This document shows, one piece after another, positions 24,948-39,875 of a stretch of 64,000 nt of DNA; position 1 is the first letter of the stretch, and every line of letters starts with the position of its first letter. The notes under the pieces were generated by a model. That model made no database searches, had not been told where the DNA came from, and saw only the letters and a program-made list of their open reading frames with translations. The stretch lies in contig NMRA01000071.1 in assembly GCA_002633005.1 (NCBI GenBank), positions 306,197-370,196 on the forward strand. The letters are read 5' to 3'. Both the position numbers and the translations under genes were made by a program. Origin of the DNA: Phoronis australis. Taxonomy: Eukaryota > Animalia > Phoronida.

Positions 24948-25572
24948 ATTGTCATTTGAATTGTGAGAACATTTTGGGACACTTTGTAGAGCTAACTGAC
25001 ATTCATCAATATCTTTGAGACTTCTTTATAGACAAATCAAATCCTTTAGTGTACTTTTATATTTGGGGATCTGATGATAGATCCCAATGTCAGCATGCAA
25101 CTAAATTCCGTGAAGCACCGTAATTTCTTACAAGATTAGCTTCTAATTGTCAGAAAATTATCTGTCATTCTATTTTCGTACTGGATACATAAACATGTAA
25201 ATCAGAAACCAACAATTAAATCCATGAGCAATGCGTTTACCTTGATTTAATGACTTAATTATTTTTGATCTCCTGTTGGTGAGACAAAACTTGTACCGAA
25301 GTCAAAAAGCAATGAATTTGTTGTCATTTGAATTGCGAATAAATTTCTTGGAACTGCCCAAATTTCATCAATTTCTTTGAGAGTTATTATAGACAGCCAA
25401 AAAGAGTCCAAGTGCAATTTACTATTTGGGGATCGGATTACAGAGTTTTCCATTTCAGGCTGCAGCTAAATTCACTGAAACATTTCTTAAAAGATTAGCT
25501 TCTAATTTCCAAAAATCATCTATTAACCAATCGGTTTTCGTAGACACATAATCGTGTAAATCAGAAACCAAC
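24948..25572. repeat. Diverged direct duplication (~260-bp homologous segments starting ~370 bp apart)
   Basis: ttgtcatttgaattg...aagattagcttctaatt...gtaaatcagaaaccaac occurs at ~24948-25213 and ~25321-25572. Confidence 0.75.
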
Positions 25573-27595
25573 GAATTTGTTTATCAAAACGGAATGTTAC
25601 AAGTAATTTCCGCAGGTATACAGATTAATGTAAGTTGAGGAAGATGGGGGCATTCATATCAAGGTGTATTGTTGCACATTTGAGAGGTACCTAGAACGGT
25701 TCACGAGTTTAACTTGAACTCCAAAAGACGCTGAAATATTTTTTGTAATTGAGAGTATTTTGAGTACCCCCGTTTGACGTGTACACGGTCATCACAAATC
25801 ACAGCCCCCAGTCTCCTCGACATTTTTAACTTCATTACAAACAATTCCTGGTAACGATCTTCAAGAGAAATACTATTCTTGTGATACTATGGAAAAAAAT
25901 ATAACATTATTTGATAACTAACCATCGGAAGTAGCCTTTTTGTGTAAATCACAAATAGCGGTCTTCACGTTCTTCAGAATTCCACCTTTTTGATGGTGGT
26001 CAGTCCATTTTTGTTGTTTGGGTAGAATGTTTTGAAGCTGCTCTGTTGTGCACGAATGTTTTGTGTTTTTGATGAATTTGGAATCTCAGCTTCACTTCGT
26101 GAATACTTGGCAGTGTCAGATTTAAACGTATAGAGGGACAAAAGGACAATTCGCTCGAACTGCCTCACCGAGAGAGGGTCCCTTCTGAAATGGGACACCT
26201 AAGATGAAAGGCTACACTTTATTAAGCTTCCATTGTCGGGTGACCCTGCAAGTAGTGACTTTCCTCAGCATAACACCGGTTGTATGATTTGTCAACAAAA
26301 ACACGAAAAGGGTGGCTACTTGAATGTCATCAATGGCCCTCTTTAAGAGCTGGACCCCTAAATATGAAAAATCTATATTTTCAAAAGTCAGGAAATGTGC
26401 AGCAATTGATGTTATCTGCCAGGCCATCAATTTTCTCAAGTGGTACTCAATTTAGAGAAAAAAATACCCCGAAAAATAGAGTTAGAGTTATCTGTGTTAT
26501 TCTTTGCTAGAGAAGGGCCTTGGAAAATATAATGTTGCATTTCTGCATTTGCAAGACTGTCTCATTGAATTTAAGAATCCAGTGAGTTAACATGCTCCTC
26601 AAAAGCTTCGCTTAATGAATTTTCTCGAAATACATGTATGAATGATAAAATGCATATATTCAAGTGCGTTTAGACGATCTACATGTATGCTGCAAAAACG
26701 AGGACCCTAACAACAATGCCCTGGCCTGGGACTTCAAAGGGTAAACCATGCACCGATATTGAGTTGTCAAATGTTCTCTTGAATTTTCATTCTAGCCTAT
26801 GTTGGTTGCCATGGTTTAATCTGCACGTGCCCCAACCCCGGTTCCTATGGCCCTGCTTTTTAAGGCAACACCACTTACTTTGAACATACAAAAGATCCTC
26901 TGTCGTCATGTGTCCTTTGGTCTTTTATTGAAATGCTGCTGTTACTGCTACTGTTGCTGCTAGGTGAAACTTCACCGACGGAGTTTTTATGCCACGGTTT
27001 CACTGGTTGTGCACCGTCCCTAACACGTCATAAACTCGACCCGGCCACGCCATCTTGTGTTTACATCACTAACGATATAATCAGCATCGGTAATCACACA
27101 CCAAAAATAATCAAGTACTGGACCCGTACTTTTGAAGTAAAAACCGCGAACGATATTTCGGAAGACATTCATTGATAAGCGACTTCCATCGATACGGTTA
27201 CACGACCGCCATAATTTGGAATTCAAGTGATGGCCTTGCGCAAATTTTCAGCATGATCTATTAAGTGATCGTCATTAACTGTACTTATTTCGCGTATGCA
27301 TGAGATCAGGAAAACATTTACTGTTGTGACTCCGCCAGGTTACCAAACAAGCAGATCCCGGGGGCCAAGACCAAACGCGCAGATCCAGAGGGGTCAAGAC
27401 CAAACTTTTCTCTTGATTTTAGTGATATCAAATCTAGAATTTTCGAATTTTTGACTTGGACTCCGTTGATCCGACCTCACCTTTTGAAAAATCCTAGATC
27501 CGCCCCTGTCAAAGTTACAATATCCTCCACACAGGCTAGGCTACAACAGTTGATTGTTTTATTTGTTTGTAATATGTTCGAGGAATACTTGGCAA

Positions 27596-27800
27596 CAGTG
27601 GCAGATCTACGATTTCAGTAAGGGGGGGGGGGGTTAGGAGTCGAGAGAACAAGGACAAGGAAGGTCGCGAGAGGGTTTTCCTCCTCCCGTGTAAGATTTT
27701 TTGGGATTTTTAGTAGCTAATTTCGTTTTTCTGGCGATTTTTTTTCCAGTTTTTATTTTTGATTAAACCCCCTGAACCCCCCCCTGTAGATCCGCTACTG
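27596..27800. mobile_element. MITE with 14-bp TIR and 5-bp TSD
   Basis: CAGTGGCAGATCTA...TAGATCCGCTACTG flanked by GGCAA on both sides. Confidence 0.75.
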
Positions 27801-29321
27801 GGCAAAACTAGTGGGCCTTACAGAAAGACATTACGCATTTTGATAATTCTCCAAACCACCCTTCGTCTTTGAGGAAATTTTCGTTATTTTAAATGCGTTT
27901 TGCCGCCAGTCCATCGATCTGTCTTAATACACCCGTTGTTGCTGTTTCCAATGTTGTTCCAAAAGCAATCCTTTCAGAACTATCCAGATTGAAGCCAACA
28001 GTTACAAGTATCTTCGCTTTGCTAGCAAATGTTGCTTGAGTTTTGGGTATCGTGTATCACTGTTAGTACGTACTGGAGTAAAATCCTACACAAAAACTGG
28101 GCTTTTGTGTCGCTCATGCCTCAGTGTCTTCCGAGTGTCGATATACGCGCACTAGATAGACCTGTGTACGAACTATGAGCAGATTTAACATCTAACTTCG
28201 CCAAAAAATTGGCATAGTAAGGCCTAATAACTGAGTGAAATTGCAACCGAAAGTTTGTCGTTCGCCCGCAATATGGAGTCTCCAACCATTCGTGAGCTGT
28301 CACAGCCACATAGTCTACGGGCTTCATGCAACATTGACGGGGAGTTTTCATTCCGTACATTCGTGAAAGAACTGGAAACACATTTTTATACGTTGATGAA
28401 AGTTATTTGATATATTTCTTATTTTTAAAGTTGCAATTCACCCTGTGTAGTTAGCTAAAAAAGTTAAAAAAGACATTAATTCTCAAAAACGGTCTCCTAA
28501 TGTTCCTTATCGTCAGGTACTCAAGAAAACGCTTCACAGTTTAGTACGGTTGGCCAATCCTAAATTTGTGGATTGGAAAATTGTGTATGAACGCAATGCC
28601 GGTGATTTGATCGAGTTGCCGACTCTTTCGCTGAAAATTCAAGATCAGATGAGCGTGTTTGTGTTGTGAAACACCACTATGCTTGTTAAAATTACGTTAC
28701 TGAACACTGTCGAAATGCAGGTTTATATAGTACAAAGAAAATCTCCCTGAAAATTACAATTATAATGCTAGTCCAACTAAAAATGAAACAACATAGTCAA
28801 ACACTTATTCGCATTATTGCCATATTTTTTTACTCAAATGAAACTAAGTCTACGAAGTAGTTGAATAGCTTACGTCGCTGTCAAATCAAAGTCGCCTAAG
28901 GTAGAAGTTTCGGCTTCTGTTAAAGCGGAAGATTCCATTTATAATATGTATGGGGGGATAAGCCTGACCGGGCTGCGCTATGATAAAACGTCTCATAAAT
29001 ACCTAAATGGTATTTTATCGTAGGACAACCGTACTTGGTGCTCAAAGATAACATATACTTGGTCTGACAATGTATCTAAGTTTAGCTGTGTAAATTTAGG
29101 GTTGCTGAACCAACAAAAGAGCGTTTCCCCTCAGGCAAAATAAGACGACCCAAAGTTAAATAGCCATGGCGCGCGCTTTCCTGGACACTGTTGCGCTAAA
29201 TAACTGCGTCAAAGGTAGCTAAAACATCGTGTTTGGAATTTTTTAATATAATTGTATTTTTATAGTAACCTGCGCTTAACTGATAAGAATTCGATCATTG
29301 ATTATTTTTCTATTAGGCGAT

Positions 29322-29691
29322 ATGAGGCGATCGGGTGAAGCGGTAGTGGTATATCTGCTGGTGTTCAGTTTATCGTCGTTGACGGCAGGAAGAAAGGCGA
29401 AATATTCGCTTGGACTAAGTTCACATACAGAGCGCGCAGCCCTGTCATGCCCGCCATGTAAAGAAATTCACTGTACCCCCAAAAAGGCGAGCAAACTGAA
29501 ATGTAAGGGGGGTATCACACACGGTGTGTGTGACTGCTGTCCGGTTTGCGCCAAGTTGGAAGGAGAGCCGTGTGGCGGCGAGTGGAACTACTTGGGAAAG
29601 TGTGACACAGGACTTTACTGTGAGGCACAGAAGAACCCCAATCCGTATGGACCAAAAAATGAAGACGTGCTGGTAGGCAAGTGCAAAACAA
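29322..29691 (+). CDS. Secreted IGFBP(IB)-domain protein, exon 1 (signal peptide + IB domain)
   Basis: Hydrophobic VVVYLLVFSLSSLTAG, then a 12-Cys IB domain with GVCDCCPVCAKLEGEPCGG...GKCDTGLYC; donor A|gtgagt in phase 1. Confidence 0.9.
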
Positions 29692-32517
29692 GTGAGTCAG
29701 TTTGGAATCTTATACTCGAAATTGTCATCTACCTAAGTCAAATCACAGTCACTGATCTTACCATGGTCCATCCTGCTAAGTGGTGTTGTCTTAAAAAATA
29801 GACAAAAAAAGAGACACAGAGGTAAATACTATTATTGAGAAATATAAAAAGCCTGTTTTTTATGTTAAAATGAAGCAACATGAATTTCTCTTAAATTTAG
29901 CCCACAATTTGACCCAAAGTGGAGTTTTACTAAGTGTAGCTTTCCCTCCCTTGAAAAATATAAGAAAACAAACTTTGCCTGCCCTTATTTCCCCTTTATC
30001 TTGCCCCAAAAAATTCCTGGGCAAAATACTAAGCATTTGCCATCTATACAAATCAGGCATGTTGCTGGGCTTGAGCCTGAAACAACAAGCTAACATGGTT
30101 CATTGGTAACTGAACATGTTATTTACCTATGCTACTAATATTCAGCTTTAAAAACAGTGTGTTTAAAATGATGGAAACATTGGGTAAATTTGGGACAAAA
30201 CACTGCTTGTAATGAAAATTTAAAGGTACTGCTTCAAATTAAATTAATACAAATAGGCTAATCAAAATTATTGATTTCTGTATTGAGACCTCACATGTAC
30301 AATTAAAACAGGTTGTTTCCTGGTTTACAGAGGGGAAACATATCCTATGAGGCACAGCTAATCATTGTTCTTGATCTCAGAAGGCATGGTTCTGACCACA
30401 CACATTATACCCAAACTACCTCCTTGGGTTAGAGATTAGAGGCCAAATATTTGTACTGTGATGAATAAAACAATATGAAGGCTGATATATGAGATAACCC
30501 TTGATAAATGGCACCATGTTTGTAACTAGCATCTCTCATAGCCTTCACAGATAGTGTGTGTTTACTAGACCCTTGGCAAGCTCTCATTGCAATACTGTCA
30601 CCAGATACAATACTGTCACCAGATACAATACTAAAGTTAAGCTTCACAAACAACTGGCATTCACATTTGAGGTTTGTAATTAAATGTCCTTTAAATCAAA
30701 TGATTTTCTTAGGAATCACCATAGTCGCACTTGTAAAATATCAAAGAGAAAATAAATAATTACAGAAAGCCTTCAACATGTGACTTGAATGTCTTTTATA
30801 TAAATAATAAACTCATTTCATAAAACACATCATCATCTCTACCATATTCTCATAGACCATGTTATACTAATGATAAGTGATTTATGTGGTCTCTCATTCA
30901 GACTGTCACCCCTCCTCCACACTCCTATTTCTTTCTAGACAACACATGTTCTGTTAAACTACCATAATCAAATTTAATTTGAACAGAAAATTAAGAACAA
31001 TAGGTGTGAATGACTACAAGCCCCAGGCTTCACATGTCATCATCCACAACACAGGCTTACAGAAGTGCACTGCAGGGCCAGAGGTACTCTCCATCAACTG
31101 TACAAGGAGGCTTGTCAATCACCTTAAATGGAATGTGTACTAGTGACAAACAGATAGATTCCTGCAGGCCAAGTTTACCAACTCTCACAAAGGTGTGAAA
31201 CACTTCTTGACAAGCGTTTAACATGCTGCCATTGTTCTTTTTTATTCTGTTTAAACGCACTCTGGACTCCCATCATACTCATTTATATCCTATAGTCTAC
31301 AAACATGCACACAACAATGTGGTCATTATCTACCTGACTTAGTGACATAGCTTTCTCTTACAACTTCCCTTAACAGATTTAACAAGTACGAAAACAGTAA
31401 TCATGACAATAATAAAATAACTATGAATAAATTAAAAACATGTCTTGCAAAACAACTGGACCCCTTTAGTGGCATGTTCTGTTATGACCATCTTGCAACT
31501 CAGTGAAATTCACAACATTTTTAGACTTTATAATAATTTATAAAATTATTTATTTGAGTGACAGTTGGTAATGGTACTTGTTACCCTACAAACATGTGAC
31601 TATGCAGCAGTAATTAGTCAACAACAAGTGTTGTTTATTAGCCTGAATGTTACTCTTCACTGTATCTAACACTTGTCCTACCTGTCAATGACACCACTAC
31701 ACTGTGACAATAGTTTGTTTACAGAGTGCATTAGACTGAGCCCTACTTGCATAGGCTCAACAGTCTACTCTTATAAACTATTGTTTCCCAATATTTTGTC
31801 TGGTATGCCACTACATAATGCTATCATCAGAAGGCTACAGCTCACTGTTGGTCAGTCTTGTGTTATGGTCACACAAACCTTTTGACAACACAATGTGCTA
31901 TTGAGAGGTACTACCTGTACAATGTGCTATTGAGAGGTACTACCTGTCTTGGCTACAGTAGGTCTGCCCCCCAGGCTCTATTCCTATGAATGGACTGACT
32001 ATTAGTTGTTTGGTATTAATTTACACTTTCTGCTTTCAATAGGTTGTAGACAACAGATAACAATAGAGTATAATTAAGCATGTAGATTTAATCTCCAAGT
32101 ATGACTTTCATTACTATAAAGACTAGTTTTTGCAAGGCCTGAGGCTCACTGCCAACTGGTTGCTCCTTCAAAAGCACCAAATAAATAGCTACTTAGAATA
32201 AAACAACAACAAAATCATTATTTGTCTTTTTGTTTATGTACAAACTTTGATGAAAATCAAGCCCATAAACATTGCACAGTGTCACTTTCAAAAGAATTCA
32301 TAAAGTTTTCTATTTATAAATTCTTTTTCCTTGCCATGTCCTCACTGGTGGACTGTATAAATGGCTACTCAATCTTCTGCTTGGTGCAGTTCAGCACAAG
32401 TGATAATCATTACAGATTGTCATCTGTTATCTCTAGAGTTACAAAAGAAATCCTGTAAAGGTCTGTGTTCATATATTAACATTATAATGTCTGGGCTGTC
32501 CACTGTATCACTGACCA

Positions 32518-32763
32518 GGGGTCTGTCAGTTGGGAGGTGTGTGTTGGGGTTATGGATGGGGTCTGCCAGTTGGGAGGTGTGTGTTGGGGTTATGGATGGG
32601 GTCTGTCAGTTGGGAGGTGTGTGTTGGGGTTATGGATGGTGTCTGCCAGTTGGGAGGTGTGTGTTGGGGTTATGGATGGGGTCTGTCAGTTAGGAGGTGT
32701 GTGTTGGGGTTATGGATGGGGTCTGTAAGTTGGGAGGTGTGTGTTGGGGTTATGGATGGGGTC
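32518..32763. repeat. G-rich minisatellite, 40-bp unit x6
   Basis: gtctgtcagttgggaggtgtgtgttggggttatggatggg repeated. Confidence 0.95.
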
Positions 32764-34691
32764 CTTGTATTAACTTGCATGTTGCTCATGTAGAGAGAAG
32801 AAAATGTTTTAAAAATACAGCATTTAAGGTGTAACACCAAATGTGTACAGCTGATATGATGAGATGAAGTTTTCAAATGGATAAATCATCAATAAAATTA
32901 GAAGTATCGATCAATTTGAAGCCGACTTACTAACGTTGTGCACAAACAGATTCTTTGCAACATTTCGTTTGGAGAATACTCAACTCCCCAAATGTCACCT
33001 CAAGTTCCAAGATTCTCCACCACTTTTCTGTTTTGGATTGAACTTATTAACCATTCTGAACTTTTCCTGCCTATGAAGTATCAAAACAGAACCTTCGATA
33101 TTCTCATATGGGATTGAGGTCATGGGGTTTAGTGTTGGTTCATATAGCAACATTAGGTCTATGTAATGCAATCAAAATCCAGACAATTTTATTCATGACA
33201 TCACACAAAAACTGAATGACATAAGTTGATTAGTTTAGTATTGAGCAAAGGTCAATAAGTCAAAATTAACATCATGCAAGAGAACACCCAATAATTGAAA
33301 AATACCAAAGTCTGTCGCCTGTCGATTTCCCCAGAAATCAATAGTCTTCTGCATTGCATAATCATTTTCAAAACTAATTACCCAAAGAGAATGGGACATA
33401 GATTGTAACGTAGCAATCTATAGAAATGACTAACTAAATACAAAAAACGTCTCTTTCTCAAGTGACACTGGAAACATATGACAACAATTACTGCCTCCAG
33501 GCAAAACTAGAAATAGTAGGCCTGTTGAATGTTTTTTTCTCTATTTTCTTTGTAAAAATACAAATACTATTTGTGAGTGAGTGAAATGTTTTGTTTGTCT
33601 AATCCAGCAAGTGCTCGTTGTGTGTAAACTGGCTGAGCTTGAGAGTCTAGAAGAGTCTGGCATGTTGGGACAAAGTGGTACCACGTCTCTAAGGGAGGTT
33701 ACATTGGATCAAAAGTTGGAAGTGAATAACCTCCAATGTGCTAAATGGGTATGCTTTGCAGATATTGTGGCATGGCTTTCACATTTTAAAGATAATTTTT
33801 GTTCAGAGGAACGACTCTTGGCGAAATTGAATGAAAAGACGACCATGGAGATGATGATGATGATGGTGATGGCAATGACGAACATGAAGATGACAGTCAT
33901 ATGACGATTGAAGATGACAGAAATGAGTAAGAAATACAGTCTTGTTCAATAGAATGTAAACCAACAAAAATGCAGCAAATATCGATCAACAAAGGAACAG
34001 CGTCACCAGAAATCCCCAAATAATTCGAAAACGAGACGTCCAAGTGAAAAATGGAAAAAAATGAAAACATTTTCTGAAAGCCCATTTAAAACTCTATCTA
34101 ACAAAGTAGTTTCACAAAATTTTCGAAAAATTTTAAAATTTTGCATTTTTTTTAAATTGAAAGTCAAATAACTAAAACATGGCAAGTCAGTGAAAAAAAT
34201 TGTTGTAGTTCATTTAAGAGAGTATACCTTAGAGAATCCACTTGCAAAAATTCACGTCATTACCTCTTCCCGTTCAAAATAGCACCCCAACACGATTGAA
34301 AATGGATGAACATGCACCAAATCCACCATTTTGAAAATGACTTCCAGTTGAGCAGAACTCGATAATAACTATCTACTAAACAAAGGTGACATGTTACTAA
34401 CTCAGACAAAATATTCCAGAAATTTGAATTTTTTTCTAATCAACTTGTTCATTTTACCTCATGGGGTTAAATGAGGCAAGGAACGGTGAAAACTAAAACA
34501 TGCACAACTTGGTGTAACAGTGTGCGGTCACCTGACCTACTAGGGTCCAATCATATTTCTTTGGAATAAAAATCATTACTTTGATTTGTTATAGACACTT
34601 ATGCTAAAATTTGGGAAACACTTTTACCGTTTGTCATTTTAAGACATTGTCAAAAATGAGTCAACCATGAGTGTGCCAGTGTAAGGAATCG

Positions 34692-34815
34692 TGTAGAGTT
34701 AGTAAACAATCATGTAGAGTTTGTAAACAAATATGTAGAGTTAGTAAACAAATATGTAGAGTTCGTAAACAAATATGTAGAGTTAGTAAACAAATATGTA
34801 GAGTAAATAAACAAA
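34692..34815. repeat. Minisatellite, 21-bp unit x~6
   Basis: gtagagttagtaaacaaatat repeated. Confidence 0.9.
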
Positions 34816-37800
34816 AGCAAATACTTACACTTAACGACTTTACAAGCTTTAACCTTACAATACTTTCTCTGTAAATGCTAGTGTAATGAAACCACTTAAA
34901 ACACTGGCAAGTGTCATAGTTAGGCAAGTTGCTGTAGTAGCAAACAAAAGATGATGATTACAATAGGAAGGCAATGAGGCTATTGTTGTCAATAGATGTC
35001 AACCTGCACATGACCCCTACTGTTCTCTTCACTTATCTCTAATTTACAACAGGATGCTCATTAAGTAGGAAGGCCAGCCTTGGAAGTTGCTCAGTTACCT
35101 GAGGCCACCCATGATGTGTGGATACCTCAGGTGGTTCTTCTGTCACAAGATAGATACACAAACACAAGATACACAAGTGGTAAGAATAGCACTTTAAGTA
35201 ACTTACTGCAAAATCAACATTTTTGAAATAAAGTTATTTGTTACAGAAAAGTTTTTACTCATGTGGACGATAATTGAGACAATATGGCCGACAAGTGAGA
35301 AATATGTCCGACACGTGAGAAATATGGCCCATACGTAAAGTTTTATTTTGTTATCTTTTTCATATGTAGCACCAAGTTAAGTATTTCAATGTTCAAGCTG
35401 TGTTACCATAGCTATGGTCACCAGGCAACATTTTGAAAAACTGTGCACATGCAGAACAATGCAAGACTTAAAAAACAAAGAAGGTCAATTTCGGCAATTG
35501 TTTTGACCAAAATTGGATGAAATTTAGTTAAAATCAAAATTATTACTCAAATGTTTTGACAATTAGTCAATGTTGTAAAAATGACTGCTTTGTTACAATT
35601 TGGCAAACTGTGCTAAACACCTTAAAAATGCAAACACCCTAATTTGCGACAAACTGTCAGAGAGAGAGAACACAATCAGATGTGACACGGTCTTCACCTC
35701 ATATAACCACTGTGGGGTTCTAAGCACAGGCGGGGGGGGGGGNTATAGATAGCCACCGTGTGGTTGTAAGCACAGGCGAGGGGGGTCTATAGTGAAAACA
35801 AATGCTAGTATCAATTGCTGATACTCTGCTTGGGTGATCCAGTCCTCCTCAGTGAACACACGCATTCCTAACACTCACTTGATAAGTTGTAGTCCACTTA
35901 TCACATGTGTACACAGCTATAGATTAACATTACATGCATTAACAATACATCCAGTATTCTTTCATCATTGTTGTTCATGCTACTACTAACTTTTACCCCT
36001 CCCCCCTGCTGTGAAACTGACTGAGAAATGCATCAGCAAATCCCTCTGAAGACATCCTGATCTCAGCTGATAGCCTCCTATATAAAACCCAATGGCCAGG
36101 GTACTGGTAATCACCTTCCAAGAGTTCAGAGACTGAGTAACTGGGCTATCGAGTATGGGGCAATATTCATACCAGGTCAAAAATAGAAAAACAATGTCCA
36201 TATTTATTTCAAGAGGTAGACCCAATAGTCACCCATGCCTATATTCATTGAAAGAGGCCTTAAAACAAGACAATTCCTGCCAAAATTGCTATAGACTCTA
36301 ACCTGACAAGCACCCTGAGATTTCAATAAAAGTCATATTTTGTTTCTCCCTAAAACAACTAGTTGGCAAAGATTTAGCAGTAAATACCTGGGTGCTCTCC
36401 AAGTAGTATATCTTCTTTGACTGAAACATGGGATCAATCCGTTTACCAGAATTGACCATTCAGATAAATGCCCTCAACATGAGGAAGATTAGTTTTCTTC
36501 ATTTTAGCCGTGTCAAATAAAATAAACATGCAAATAATTATTTTTAAACCAGAAGAGCACTGTAGGTGGCGCCACCTCCCATTAACCCAAAAGACAATAC
36601 TTTAGCTTAGACCCAGTATTATAAAGTCGCTTTCCCATTAGAAGTTGGACAGATTAACTCCGACAGTTGATTTGCAAGCAAAACTTTGCTTAAAATATAG
36701 TTTAGAAACAAAAGTTCGGTACTGATCGAAGTTTTGGTGTAGTGGGAATACTAAAGGTCAACCTTAGTCAAAGTTATCAGTAGAGGTCACAGCAACGATA
36801 TACGATCATGCGAGACTTGCAAAACAGTGTAGCCGATGTGCTCTCAATAGATACACATAAATAAATAAATAAATGACAGTATATCTGATGAAGAATGACA
36901 CTGACCATTTTCATAAACACTCGCACATGGCAGCCCGAATAGTTTTTGGTTAGCCAACAACTCAGTATTTGTTTCAGAGTACGAATGGTCAGCATCGTCT
37001 GTTGTCATAGTGATAACACTGATATTGTTGTGTAGTTGAAAAGGTAAGCCAAGTTTCGGCAAAGCTACGGTTAACCAAAGTTGGCCTAATAGAAAATCAC
37101 CCATGCTAAGTCTGAGAGAATAGTTGGCACTTATTCTAGTTACTTTAAACTTCTGACTACACAAGAAATATTGCATGCAAAACCAAATACCGGGATCTTA
37201 TTTTCATTTAATCTCAGGTCTGTTTGTGGGTTTGCCTATCACCATTCCTGTTTTAAAGAGAGAGTGGAGGGGGGGGGGTGCAAGCCCTTCCTACATTCCT
37301 AGTTGTGAGCCTGAATTGACAGATTAAGTGAGTAATGTGTCATTATTTACAAACTCATTGTCTGCTGGAAATCAGCTGTTGACAACAGGAAATGCTAAAT
37401 GTCCTCTGCTACAATGAACACTGATGCCATGTAATTATCTTTTGTAATTCAGTGAATACTCAATCACCAGTCCAGACTCATTAGAACATGGACATACCAA
37501 TTAATTATGATGTAAGCGTTTGAAGTGTCCTGAAGTTGGCACGTTTGTGACAACTTGAAAATCACTGAGTTGTGAAAATGGATACTGAAAAATACCGTTG
37601 CATTTGTCAAATAGCTAATTATGGTTGTGTTCATTTGCGTGTGTGACACGTGAATTGTTATTGACATGACTGTGCAGTTCAATGTGGGTGGGATGACTAG
37701 CAGACTGCTGTAAAGAACTGTTTGCCTAACATTTTTAAGACTGTCTTCTTTCCAAACTATACGCCAGTATGAAATGCCTCTCCCAACTATATGCCAGTAT

Positions 37801-39554
37801 GAGATGCCTCTCCAAACTATACACCCATATTACATATTATAATTACATGTTATTGTTCTCATTATTAAGTAATGCTTACCACTTTAGTTATTATTGTTTC
37901 AATGAAAATGTTTGTTTACTCAATATATCTCCTAAAAACTCACTAATCATGATTTTTGAGGTGTTGGAAATGCATACTAAAATTTAGTAAAGGTATGTTT
38001 GTCTAACATTATCTAGTGCTGCAGTGCTCGGAGTTCTTCATAAAAGTTACTAGTGCTGCAGTGCTCAGAGTTCTTCATAAAAAGTTCCCTTGCTAAGTGT
38101 ATGGAAACTAAATTGGAAAATGCTGAGTGTCAGTGTGCTGTCAATGTGTTCTACCTAAGTTAAGACAGTACCAAGGCTCACTGAGTTAACATAGTATTTA
38201 GGCTACGGTAAATGAGTACCAAGACTCAATGAATTAACAGTGTGCTGAGGCTCAATGAGTTAGCATTAAATTGAGAGTTAACACAGTACTGAGCAGTTGA
38301 TTGAAATAAAGTCTGTCTGACACCTAGCCAATCCACTTGAATTCAGATGACTTAATTAAGAAAACGCCACTGGCTTTTGACCCTCACCACGATGTTTCAC
38401 AACCTTGTTGGCACTCTCATTTTTCAACTACTTTATATTTTTTTGTGGCTGCCAGACATTCCTTTCTAATTATGCACAGTTAATTTCAGTATTGCTGAGT
38501 GAACACTAATTTGTCAACACATTTGGTTGTTTTTCTAAACCCTGTGACATGTGGCTAGCCTGCTGAGTTACAAAACATTGGTAGAAGTTGAGGTGCTACA
38601 AAAATACACTTGTCACTGCAATACAGGACCTCAGCAGCAGGTCTGAGTAGTTAGTCAAATATCTAAAAAACACTGCAAGTTTTGAATAATTGCTCATCTT
38701 GTAGAAGTGCAACATTTTAATGATAATTTCATGAAGAGCTCTGTAGAACAGTGCATAACGCATAGCATCATTTCTGAGATGATTTTCTAGTGTCCTAAGT
38801 AATCTGAACAATTGATCATTTCTAAGATGATATTCTAGTGTCCTAAGTAATCTGAACAATTCATCATCCTCATCTTGGTTATGGCACCTAAATCTATCAA
38901 ACCAAATATCCACCAGGGAGTTTAACTGAGCATGGGTGGTTATTGGTTTATGGTCAGAGATGTACATTGATATACAAGTCGCTATAATTTGGCAGTAATC
39001 TTTCTTGCATACATATTTCATTGAAAACACGAATTTGATCTGTTTTTAATAGTTAAGTCTCAGTTCTTTCCAACTGCCTACTAAGTAAATAGAGATCTTG
39101 TCTTTACATCACAACAGTGCAACAAAAACCCAAACGACATCAGTAGGTAACATATTTTAAAAAGTGATCATTTCGAGACACATATCTCATCTTCAGGCTA
39201 CTATTTACAACATAGTTCACAATGAAACGCACATCAGAAATGATGAATGCAATATAACAAGTGAAGTTGGCATGCGCAACTACGACGATAAAAACATAAA
39301 TAAATATACATATGTTGCTGTGCAACATAATCTATAGATCACCGAAATAATGAAAGAGTCCTTCTAGTTCTAGGTAGCTGCTCGTTCAAAGTGGGTTTTT
39401 CAAACATTATTAGAAGCGACTCTAATGTTCTTGTGTTTTCAATGAAATATGATGTACAAGTGTCAACAGTGTGAACAGATTGGATGTAGGAAGGGGTTTC
39501 TTGAAATTTGATCAAGTTTCTTTGTAGTTCAGGACCATCTTTATTGGTCAGGCG

Positions 39555-39875
39555 GTACATGATGTGCTGCAGGTACAGCTAAAATGGTCTGTACATGATG
39601 TGCTGCAGGTACAGCTAAAATGGTCTGTACATGAGATGCTAAAGGTACAGCTAAAATGGTCTGTACATGATGTGCTGCAGGTACAGCTAAAATGGTCTGT
39701 ACATGAGATGATGCAGGTACAGCTAAACTGGTCTGTACATGAGATGCTGCAGGTACTGCTAAAATGGTCTGTACATGAGATGCTGCAGGTACAGCTAAAG
39801 TGGTCTGTACATGAGATGCTGCAGGTACAGCTAAAATGGTCTGTACATGATGTGCTGCAGGTACAGCTAAAATGG
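39555..39875. repeat. Minisatellite, 36-bp unit x~9
   Basis: gtacatgatgtgctgcaggtacagctaaaatggtct repeated; this explains the repetitive ORFs on both strands. Confidence 0.95.

Noticed and set aside
29692-29801. ORF extension beyond the IB domain
   Set aside because: Read-through past a canonical gtgagt donor into the intron.
33581-33930. 107-aa ORF with poly-Met / acidic GAT repeats
   Set aside because: No recognisable domain; likely a decayed transposon fragment plus a trinucleotide repeat.
38596-39030. 144-aa ORF with SDHKPI, resembling the end of an APE endonuclease
   Set aside because: Only one short motif, and the ORF is lengthened by an internal tandem duplication; a Helentron/LINE remnant is possible but unsupported.
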